Shown here: positions 28,032-37,858 of the stretch, in pieces
How positions within the stretch are numbered: the stretch's first letter is position 1
How the letters are laid out: every line of letters starts with the position of its first letter
Source: Nitrospinales bacterium
GTDB taxonomy: Bacteria > Nitrospinota > Nitrospinia > Nitrospinales > VA-1
Length of the DNA: 64,000 bases
Assembly: GCA_965262115.1 (NCBI GenBank)
Contig: OZ253496.1
Span: forward strand, 64,001 to 128,000
Direction: 5' to 3'
The notes under the pieces: generated by a model
The model's input: the letters and a program-made list of their open reading frames with translations, nothing else
Databases searched by the model: none
Told to the model about the DNA's origin: nothing
Position numbers and translations under genes: made by a program

Positions 28032-31000
28032 TTATGTTCCCTTCTCTGGTTTTTGTTGCTCTCCAAGGATCATCATGATGCTGTTGAGTTTGTTTTCAAT
28101 GTTCGTGAGTTGCTCTTCGGTGGATGAAATGTTCATGATGCTGTGATCTTGAGAGAATTCTTGAATTCTTAAAGTTATGTCTTGAATTCTGAAAAAACAA
28201 CAACATCAATCTGCTTAGTAAGTTTGTTATTCTCTATTTATTACTTGTGAACAAATCTGTCATGCATAATGATAGTGATTGATGTGCACAATAATAATAA
28301 GAGTGAAATACTTAGTCCTAGAATTTTTTTAAATCAATTTGTAAATCTTTTTAATATGTAATTAGCAAGCTAGCTGATTGGAAAATTGTCCTTAGCTAAA
28401 CTTTTCAATTAGATCATGAAACTCATTTGTGTATTATTGCAGTTGAGGTATTTAGATTTTTTGTAAAGCAAATGTGTGATCACAACCACTACAGTACTTA
28501 CTTCCACTTACTTCCACTACAGTTTACTTCCACTACAGTACTTACTTCCACTACAGTACTTACTTTAGATATATGGCATGAATCTTGTTCACATCTGTGT
28601 TGAATTTGAGCGAGGATTGCTGCATTGATATGGCACAGCCAAAGTCCAAAACTTTCATCATTGTACCATCTTCTCTCTCATAGATGACAGAAATGAAAGA
28701 TGTGTTCAAATTTGGATCAAGGAATTTGGTATTACATTCTTCATCGATGGGAATGATTATTTCATGCCAAATTCCTGATAAGTTGTAGTGATTTGATGCA
28801 CGTGCCTGAAAATAACAAACCAGTATTTTCACGTTAGTTACAAATTACAAAAAGTGTTTAAAATAAAAAAAATAAAAACTAATAAACATGTGTTTGAACA
28901 ACATATGCTGGAAAGATTCACAAAATCTTTCATACCATGATTAAAGGTACTCTATCACCGAAGCAATTATGGCTGTCTTAGAGGTGCTCTATCACAGAAG
29001 CAACTGTGGCAATCTTAGAGGTGCTTTATCATGGAAGCTACTGTGGAAATCGTAGAGGTGCTCATAGAAACAACTGTGGCTATCTTCTGAATGTAGCATT
29101 ACTTACTGTGCTATATTAATATCATACCAGGATCCACACATGGAAAAAAACACATTTGTGCTGTGGCTAGGTATTTTCCAATAAAATCTCTTGAGGAACT
29201 AGAAAATGTTTGTAGAACTATACACAGCAGATTTCATACCATATGTACCAGAGGATGTTGGAGCTACAATTGACTATAATTTGATCAAACTATTTTTACA
29301 GATCTAGCATGGCTGGATAAGGGACTAGATTTTTTTTTGACATTATAACCACAACGTTGCCTGATGGTACAAATTGAAAATTTAATGTTAATTTTGATCC
29401 GACATTCAAACAAACACATATGTTGGGGCATGTGGTAGCACTCTCTATATTGGTTTGACCCCGATTTCAAAATGGTGGTCATCAAAGCCAAACAAAGTTC
29501 ATATCTTAGCTAAAACTCACATCTCCAGCTTCTTAGCTGCCTAAACTCCCATCCCCAGCTTCTTAGCTGCCTAAATCACATCGGCACCTTCGCGTAGTAA
29601 ACAAGCACACCAAAATTTTCTGAACTGAAATTCACTATCTATCGATGTATCTATTTCTTATTTTCCTACATTGTATAAACTCTGTCCACTCATAAAGAAC
29701 ACATAAAACACCATAGTATATGAAGACAGATGTTCCAGTGCACATCCACGACTAATTTGTTTCTTGATTGCTTAATAAAGTGTCCGATAAAGATTAGCCA
29801 TTTGTTAGTCTATGATGCAATCACGCTAATGCATGAGTGTTATTATTAATAGAGTGAATGATCCATGCTCGGTTCTGTTGTTTGGTTTGTGTAGTTTTCA
29901 CTCCAGGGCAACTGCTACTAAGTCCAAAGATGGCAGCTGATCCTCTACCAAAACATCTACTGTTTAGATGGTGGAGTTTGCCTGTGAACTGTTACCAACT
30001 CCGTAGCTTACTCTATGGGCACAGTCAACAATAGCAAATAGATATGATATACTCTGACTTTTGTATAATGGAAATCATAGCATGTGGTGGAATGTGTAGT
30101 GTCAAAGAATAATAAGTGGGTCAGAAAAAGTGTTGGAGACCCTGAAGCTATGTCTTGGTCTAGTCTTTCACCTCTCAACTATACAGAAACAACAAAACAA
30201 ATAAATAGGAGGAAAAAACAACAACAAAAATAAAATATTTTTACTCTACCCATGCAGATCACGACTAACATTTAAAATCATGCCCACTAATATTGTATAT
30301 ACTGCTTTTAAAAGATGATGGGTCTATGTAGTAAAGAGTAATCTAATTTGTTGTGTTCTCATGTTTAACAGGTCAGTCCAATATAGTTGTTTGTTTTTGT
30401 TCTTGTATACATATATACCAACACAGTTACATTGCACTATCGTGGCATGGGGGCAATAATAAAAATCCCCACTACAGAGATCGTTCATGCATCAGACACA
30501 TACTAGTACAGTTGAAGTCATTTACTACAACTTTTGGATTTTGGAATGCAACTAATTCGCTTGGCACAAAGTAGATGCATGACCTATAATAACGATAGCA
30601 TGGTTGTATATAGTGCTACTGAAAATTCGCACACCTTTAATAATTACATTGCTTCAGGAGCTGACACCCAACAAGAACAACAGCAGCAACAACGAAATAG
30701 AGGTCCTATCTCCCTCATATCTCACTGCAAACTGTTACTTTTAAATGTCTGCCGGAACAAGATACACAAAATCTATAGCTAGGTATTCAATGATGGTGTA
30801 CATAAATGATGGATAATAAAAAAAAATATTAAGAAACGCCAATCACATTTTGTGTCTGACAAGACTATGAAATTGTGTTAAATATAGAGAATAAACACTA
30901 ATTTACAGGTGAAAAAAATTACGTGTATATCTCATTCACATGGACAATCACTATTATCTGCTGTGCTTCTGCAGCTGGAAAATCCATCTATCTTTGATAA

Positions 31001-33167
31001 TCTACTGCTGTCCATGCATGCATTGCGGCTAGACGAAGTCTTCAAATCCTCCAGATAACTTCTCTAAAGTAGTGTGAACAATTTCTTCAAAGAAGTATGT
31101 ATACATAAGTTTATCAAGACCTCATTGTAATGAGTATTTTATTCCCAGCATCATATCCAGATTCTTCATTTCAGGTAATTAATCAGATTGTGTCATTGTT
31201 ATTAACAACAGTGTTGGTTCAACTTGACATGACAGTCATTATTCAAACACACTTAGAAAGTTCTTGAAAGTCATCACTTCTGATTTTAGTGTTACTGATG
31301 AACGAATTTATTATATGGCTACATACATGATAATATGAGTTTATTAACAGTAGGATTGTGTAATACAAGAGTTGTAGGTCCACTACACCAAGCTTTAATG
31401 TTGCTTTTCTGGCTTGGGTTTTCTGGTTCTGCAACAAGTGATTCCTGTAAGAAAATCAGTTTTCCACTATCTTCTTCATTTCAATCGTCTCCCAACCACT
31501 ATCATGGTAATTTTTACTCTCGTATTTCCCCCATCTATCTCAATGTCCTCACTTAACTCAATCATAAACTCATCCATATGGTGCTGATATTTTTCATCTA
31601 TTAAGGAGAGCCATTTAGATCTTTATAGTGTAGACTAGCATAACAGATAATCTTAATGTACCTGCTGTGGACTATACACACCTTAATCTCAAGTAATCTC
31701 CTCTGTTTTTCTTCTCCTCTGTATTTTTCCTGCTAACACTATTATGACCCACTGGATTAGGCCTAGGATGCTACTTTTACAAAGAAAAGAAGACAAGTAC
31801 TTTGATTTGCTCTGTAAAGGTGAAAAAGGAAAGATGATAGCTAAAGAGAAAAGAGGAAGGATGAACGAGTGTTGAAGAAGAAAGGTGGAAAGAGTGGAAG
31901 TCAAGAGGGAAAATCAAAAACTGTCACGGTTGCTAATGTTGCTACGATAATTGTAGGCTACTATTTCTGTGGTCATTGTTGTTTTTGCACAGAGGAAGTA
32001 GAAAACCATTACAAGTGACTAGTTCTAGATCCAGTCACAAAACTTGCAATAATGTTATGGTTGGAATGTCTCAATGAAGTATAGCATAAAAAAATTACTA
32101 AGTCTCAAAGAATGACCTTAACATATTTTTGTGTGACTAACATACTTTAAAAATTAAATTAGGTATTAATAAAATATGCTTAGCAGAATACAAAATATAA
32201 TAGTCTAGTGCTAATCAAGTCCTTACCCTCAAATAGAGGCAATGGCTACTGCTGTTGACTGTTATGGTAGTGTTGATCTCAACTATTGAATCTTTGCTCT
32301 ACACCAAATATATCAAGAATTGTTAGTAATTCATACATATTACATACAAATATATACAAAATATTTAATACGCGTAGAGCTAATCGTGAAAATATGATAA
32401 TTCTTACGATAGGCATGCATTATCTTTTGACACCCACGTGTCCCATTTGATTTACCATATCTAAACCAGTATAATGTTCCAATCTCTATTTTCAAAAATG
32501 TGTCATAAGCTGTTTACAATCTATACTTTAACTTTGTCCTAAATATTTTGTTCTCAGAATATAAACAAATTTTGCATGCCTCAACCAAGTGTAATGTTGA
32601 TCAAAATGCATGTCCAAAATAGTAGAACTCCACTGTATTGTGTCGTCCTCTGTCGATCCAAGCTGCAGTTGATTCAGTGCACATCCCATAGATGGTCAAA
32701 TTGTCAACCTGCTTCAACCTGCCTCAACCCACTGTGATGTTGATCTAGTGTATGTCTCCATTGATCCTTTTCCCACCTATTTTAACCTGCGTCAAACCAA
32801 TGTGATATTGATCTAGTATGTATCCCTAGAGAATTATCATCAACCCGTCTCAATTATTGCTACCGTTAGGAAAGAAGAAAAAAAATGTACATACCAAGAA
32901 ATGTTGGCCTTGAGTGATTTCACAATCCTTGCAGGTTTCATGAGATGTCAATAATATGAGCTCATACTCCCGAAACACTCCATATATATAATCTGGTGGC
33001 ATCAAGTTAACAACCAGATGTAACACCTCTGTCGTTCTGTTGAACTCCAGTTCGGAAACTGATATATTTTTGATGATGCTAGGAGGGAGAGGAGCAGCTG
33101 GTACAGTGCAGGATTCAGTGAGTGGAATATCTCTCCAGTAATAACTCTCGTTTTTATCTGATCTAAC
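28032..33167 (-). CDS. Spliced host gene, 3' part; fibronectin type III-like domain protein. Exons 33167-32895, 32298-32227, 28805-28564, 28188-28032
   Basis: All four exons are stop-free with AG acceptors; the three donors are GT and phases are compatible (0,0,2); CTAAC branch point before 28805; joined peptide PSIIKNISV..LVVNLMPPDYIYGVFREYEL..YLR|ARASNHYNLSGIW fits FN3; ends in TAA. Confidence 0.7.
28486..28563. repeat. Intronic tandem repeat (~18-bp tacttccactacagtact)
   Basis: About four imperfect copies next to the splice donor at 28563. Confidence 0.8.
28944..29087. repeat. Minisatellite, 37-bp unit, about 4 copies
   Basis: agaggtgctctatcacagaagcaactgtggcaatctt variants at 37-bp spacing. 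Confidence 0.85.
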
Positions 33168-34449
33168 CTATATTGGGATTGTAATAAAAATATGCTAGAT
33201 TACAGACTGCTACATACACATAAGCTAGTATATGTCAGGAAGAATGAAATCAGACCTTGTACACAATTAATCTGTCCTATCTGATATCAAGTAAAGCAAC
33301 AAGTTAAAATTGGAAATACATCAAGTGAGGGTGTGCCCTGACTTTTTGGTCTCCATGCATGTAGCATATACATGTTACACCACAAAAATGAAATCCCATT
33401 AGTGCTAGCAAATGGAAAAGATTTCTGCCTTGCACGCTAAACGTGTAATGACTCATCTACAAAAAGTGCATTTTGCATATATAAAACATTTTTCTTTTCT
33501 GTATACTACAATAATCTTAGCGAGTTTAACATTCATTTGTTGTGCTCAATCATTCATTCTGTTTATATCTTCTCTATGCAGGAAGGCAAATATATCATCT
33601 CTATCAGGTCATTCTCCTCTCGTGTAGATTGTATGTTCACTACATTGGCCTAAAGTTTGGCTATTCCACAATCTTTTATATCTTCTCTGAGTCTTCTCCA
33701 TTGGTGTCATTCTCTTGAGTAACTTTTGAGTTCACTGGATTGGCTGGAGTGTCACAGTCTTAGAGACAAAGAAGCTCTCCAGCTTTGGACCTATCCACCT
33801 TCTGTGAAGGATTGCATCAAACCGTTGATGCCTACCATTCTTTTTGTGCTCTGTTAGTTGTAGAGTCAAAACAACTGCAACAATCTTTTCCTTTTGAAGG
33901 TGCATTTACTAAACAATAGTATTTGTTGAGCATTTATTACCATATGTGCATAATTACTGTATGGGGATGTTTTGTATTAGTGTTCTCCATTCATATTGTA
34001 TGCACTATATATCCATTTTTAATAGCTTTATCTACATTACATCTATTCAGTCTTTTTTGGTATTAAAACTGGAAGCATAGCCCCAGGAAGGTTAAAGTGC
34101 ACCTAATTTTGAAGATCACCTAGAATCAATTCCTTTTGAAGATCACCTGGAATCAATTCCTATTGAAGTATATAGTCCTGAATAGCAATAGTTTGCTGTT
34201 GCTCTAAGGTTTGAAGAATGGATATGATGCTCGGTTATATGCCATATTGTAAACCAGCCTCAATTTGAAAACGCCACTAATGATGAGTGAAATTTGATAA
34301 GGGGAGGCTAATTTTGATGGAGAAATAATACAATTTTACAAATCATTAGCAACTTTGTGTTAAACCTTTACACCAAACCACACTACACTTTACAGCTGTT
34401 TAGACCCATTGAGTTCACTGTTTAACCAATTACACACTGACAATTTGTG

Positions 34450-34750
34450 GTTTATATTTAAAACTATTACTTTTTTCAGGAATAAACCTTTCACTCTTTA
34501 TAAGAATATAAATACAATAATATACAATTTGGTATGAATTAGCTCCATTGAGGTAAGGAAACAAAAGCTATGAATCTCTATGACTCTCTATGTCTACAAC
34601 AAATTTTACAGCAAAGAAATCCATCCAGGAGTGACTCCTTTCTCAAGAACGGAAGGATTTAAAGTATTTTCCAGTAAGCATTAGTGCTGTGCAGACTTTC
34701 CAAGCCAAAGAGCTTCCAGAAACTGCTGTTAGGGCCTGGCAGATATGCTT
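34450..34750 (+). repeat. Host interspersed repeat abutting the eukaryote-bacterium junction
   Basis: Collinear similarity to 21600-21890. Confidence 0.75.
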
Positions 34751-35112
34751 CATATTTGAGTTGTGAACAGATCATTGAAGGTCTCTCCCCGGTGTTCTCC
34801 AACCGCGATGATCAAAACAATATTTTCACCGATCTCAATGGGGCCGATCCGATGAATGATGCTCATGTCGATGATTCCGAAATCCTTGATGGACTTTTCC
34901 CGAATCTCTTCCAGCTTTTTTTCCGCCATCTTCGGGTAATGCTCGAAATTAAGCTGGGTGATATTTTGACCTTTTGAAAGCTCTCTTCCTGTTCCCAGAA
35001 AGGTGGTGATGCCGCCGATATTGCGTGAAACTTTTTTCATGGCTTCGATTTCATCGGTGACCGAGAAATCTTCTAACTGGATACGTATTTTTGAGTCGGT
35101 AGTGGTGCTCAT
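34750..35112 (-). pseudogene. moaE: Molybdopterin synthase catalytic subunit, 3'-truncated at the junction
   Basis: GGITTFLGTGR, FEHYPKMA, IHRIG, HRGETF present; conserved C-terminal LK..PIWK missing, replaced by DLFTTQI* read from host DNA. Confidence 0.93.
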
Positions 35113-35127
35113 GATGTTGTCCTTCGT

Positions 35128-35382
35128 CTATTTAGTTCCGCCTGAGAATGGGGGAAGAAATGCCACTTCGTCTCCATCATGAATGATGGTGTCGGCAGAG
35201 GCCATTTCCTGATTGACCGAGATCATGACTTTTCTCTCCCGGATAATCGCTCCCATTTTCGGCGCTGTTTCAGAAATGATATCACTCAACTGGTCTATGG
35301 TTATTGGGTTTTCAATTTCCAAACTGTCTTCGTCTTTTTCGGCAATGGATTTCAGACTGGCAAAATATTTAAGGGAGATCAT
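35128..35382 (-). CDS. moaD: Molybdopterin synthase sulfur carrier
   Basis: YFASL N-terminus and [14 protein letters not shown]; ends GG-TK. Confidence 0.93.
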   Translation of the reverse strand: MISLKYFASLKSIAEKDEDSLEIENPITIDQLSDIISETAPKMGAIIRERKVMISVNQEMASADTIIHDGDEVAFLPPFSGGTK

Positions 35383-35906
35383 TTTTCCACTGTTTCTTTA
35401 TCGAAGGTTCCTGATTTGCCGCCGGATTTGTGAACCAATCCGATCTGGTTGAAAACCATTCCGCGGTCAACAGCTTTGCACATATCATAAATGGTGAGCA
35501 CTGTCATGGAAACTGCTGTCAGCGCTTCCATTTCCACACCGGTTTGCCCGGTCACTTTAACCGTGGCGGTCACGGTGATGGAACATAACCCTGTTTCTGG
35601 ATTCGGGTCATGGTTCACCTGAAAACTGATGTCCACACTGGTTAGCAGCAGAGGGTGACACATGGGAATGACCTCATGCGTTCGTTTGGCTCCCATGATA
35701 CCCGCGACTTGTGCTACTGCCAGCACATCGCCTTTCTTGATCTGCCCCTCTTTAATCAGCTGTAGGGTTGCCGGTTGCATATGCACTTCTCCGGCGGCCA
35801 CCGCTTTTCGGGAAGTATGGGTTTTATCGGATACATCGACCATGCGAGCACGGCCTTCCTCATTAAAATGCGTCAATGGATTTTTCATACTGCCAAGGTC
35901 ATTCAT
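35379..35906 (-). CDS. moaC: Cyclic pyranopterin monophosphate synthase
   Basis: [33 protein letters not shown]; start is 35906 or 35888. Confidence 0.96.
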   Translation of the reverse strand: MNDLGSMKNPLTHFNEEGRARMVDVSDKTHTSRKAVAAGEVHMQPATLQLIKEGQIKKGDVLAVAQVAGIMGAKRTHEVIPMCHPLLLTSVDISFQVNHDPNPETGLCSITVTATVKVTGQTGVEMEALTAVSMTVLTIYDMCKAVDRGMVFNQIGLVHKSGGKSGTFDKETVEK

Positions 35907-36038
35907 GCACGGGTCTGCCAAATTTGAAAATGCGTCAATGGATTTTTCATATTGCCAAGGTCATTCATGCACGGGTCTGCCAAATTTGAAAATGCGTCAA
36001 TGGATTTTTCATATTGCCAAGGTCATTCATGCACGGGT
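35865..36038. repeat. 62-bp tandem repeat, ~2.8 copies, covering the moaC start
   Basis: Units begin at 35865, 35927 and 35989; one substitution. Confidence 0.97.
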
Positions 36039-36134
36039 TTTCCTGTTATAAATATACGTCAAGGGATTGATTATTCAATAAGGCCAATTGTACATCATCA
36101 ATGGCATACGCTCAATGGGATTCCTGTTACTCAG

Positions 36135-36260
36135 GAGACCTTTGCATAAGTCGTGAAAACGAAAAAGCGAGATGCTTCGAGGGCCTCAGCATGACGACTG
36201 CGGGGGCTTCGGGCTGTCATCCTGAGCTTGTCGAAGGATCTCTGGGTATGCAAAGGTCTC
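36135..36260. mobile_element. 126-bp MITE with 14-bp perfect TIRs and 9-bp target duplication
   Basis: GAGACCTTTGCATA...TATGCAAAGGTCTC flanked by GTTACTCAG on both sides; internal ctcagcatgac..gtcatcctgag hairpin. Confidence 0.9.
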
Positions 36261-36261
36261 G

Positions 36262-36603
36262 TTACTCAGGGGGTTCATAGAGGCCCAGGATATTTCCGTC
36301 GGGGTCCTGAAACCGGGCTAGTTTTCCGTAGGAATGGATTTCTATGTTTCCGTCCAGAGTGGCATCCAACTCTTTCAATCGGAATACAAAACCTTCAATC
36401 GGCCGCGCAAGAAAATACACCGTGGCGCCAACTCCAATCCGGTGGTCGGACTTCTGCAAAGCCAATCTTTGTCCATCCAGGTCAAATTCTGCCCAGTCTT
36501 CCCGATGAAACAGGGGTTCTTTTCCCAGCACCTTCTGGTAGAATTTCACCGCCCTGTCTAAATCTGATACCGGGTAGGAAATAAACGTGATTTTTGTCTG
36601 CAT
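36262..36603 (-). CDS. VOC/glyoxalase family protein
   Basis: VSDLDRAVKFYQKVLG and FQDPDGNILGL. Confidence 0.9.
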   Translation of the reverse strand: MQTKITFISYPVSDLDRAVKFYQKVLGKEPLFHREDWAEFDLDGQRLALQKSDHRIGVGATVYFLARPIEGFVFRLKELDATLDGNIEIHSYGKLARFQDPDGNILGLYEPPE

Positions 36604-36648
36604 GTCGGGAATCCCGCTTATATAATGATACGATTCGGAGCTTAACGC

Positions 36649-37545
36649 TTGTCACTGTTTAATATTGGACTGGTTCTATTATCTAGTCTTTTGCATTCTG
36701 TCTGGAATATATTGACCCAGACCAGTAAAAATTCCCAGTACTTTTCTGGTTTAAAAGGGGCTTGCATCATAGTCATGGCCGGGATTGCTTACGCCATGTT
36801 TGGAATGGCCCCATTGAACAATGAGATTTGGGTCTGGGGCATCCTTTCAGGAGTTTTGCATGGGGTCTATATACTTTGCCTTTCCCGGGCCTATTCGACG
36901 GCGGATATTTCCTATGTCTATCCTATCGCCCGGTCGGCACCGGTATTCGTACCGATTTTTGCCTGGTTGCTGCTCAATGAGCGGCTGAGTATTTCCACCT
37001 TTCTTGCTATTGGGTTTATCCTGACAGCTATTTATATTCTGCATTTTGAAGGCCACCTGATACGAGGATTCAAAAACCTGGCGCAGGCTCTTCGCCATCA
37101 GGATTTACGTTGGGCTTTTTACACTTTGGCGATGGTGGTCAGCTACAGCCTGGTGGACAAAAAGGGAATGGATTCCTTTTTGAGTCATTTGCCGGACCAG
37201 CCTTTCGCCAATGGCATCACATTTTTTTTCATTGAGGCGACCATAGGCTTTGCGCTCTGTAATGTCTATATTTTTTCCAGACACCCGGCAAAATATATTT
37301 TGCAATCTTGGAAAGGGGAATGGCAAAAAGCCTTGCTTGCAGGGATTGCTACTCTAGGTTCTTATGGACTGATCTGTGTGGTGCTTCAGTTCGAAGCCTT
37401 GAGCGCGGTTGTCTCCCTTCGACAGGTCAGCGTATTGATGGTGGTCTACTGGGGATGTTGGAAACTTGGCGAGCCGTTTGGCCGACAACGTCTCTTGGCG
37501 GGAAGACTGATTGCGATTGGCATATTCCTCATTGGCACCCCTTAG
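36649..37545 (+). CDS. DMT/EamA family transporter
   Basis: About 10 hydrophobic segments; AY..ADISYVYPIAR and LLNERLS motifs. Confidence 0.9.
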   Translation: MSLFNIGLVLLSSLLHSVWNILTQTSKNSQYFSGLKGACIIVMAGIAYAMFGMAPLNNEIWVWGILSGVLHGVYILCLSRAYSTADISYVYPIARSAPVFVPIFAWLLLNERLSISTFLAIGFILTAIYILHFEGHLIRGFKNLAQALRHQDLRWAFYTLAMVVSYSLVDKKGMDSFLSHLPDQPFANGITFFFIEATIGFALCNVYIFSRHPAKYILQSWKGEWQKALLAGIATLGSYGLICVVLQFEALSAVVSLRQVSVLMVVYWGCWKLGEPFGRQRLLAGRLIAIGIFLIGTP

Positions 37546-37858
37546 CAGGGGGAGGCAGATAGCAAAAACTTGTTAAGCCAAGACAACTCTTTGCTTGCCA
37601 GAGACAGTTGTTGCCTATTGGGTCCAGCGTCACGCTGGTGGCCTTGTGCCAAGCGGTTTATTAAAAAAATTTAACCCCATTTGTTGTTAAGACCCCGATA
37701 TAATAAACCACTAGCGGTGGCCGGGCCACGCCTGGTGGGAACTGGCAATACTTCCTTGAGCCGAGAAACGGTTTAAGCGTTGCAAAGTGTTAATTTTTAT
37801 TGAGACCAGCGTCACGCTGGCCTGCGGAGGTCCTCCGCTAAGAAATTGGAGGTTGGTT

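Larger units (their letters stand above)
1..34773. other. Eukaryotic (metazoan, probably marine invertebrate) genomic DNA, repeat-rich and gene-poor
   Basis: AT-rich with few CG dinucleotides by eye, no long intact ORFs, GT-AG spliced exons, eukaryote-type transposon relics, micro- and minisatellites. Confidence 0.93.

Noticed and set aside
34770..34773. GATC at the junction as proof of a restriction-ligation chimera
   Set aside because: A 4-mer is common by chance, and the native moaE sequence at this point is unknown.
335..34977. Most short ORFs listed for the left half
   Set aside because: No recognisable motifs; they look like chance frames in AT-rich DNA or antisense to TE relics.
35865..36038. 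62-bp repeat as a CRISPR array
   Set aside because: The linker segments are identical and the unit derives from the moaC start.
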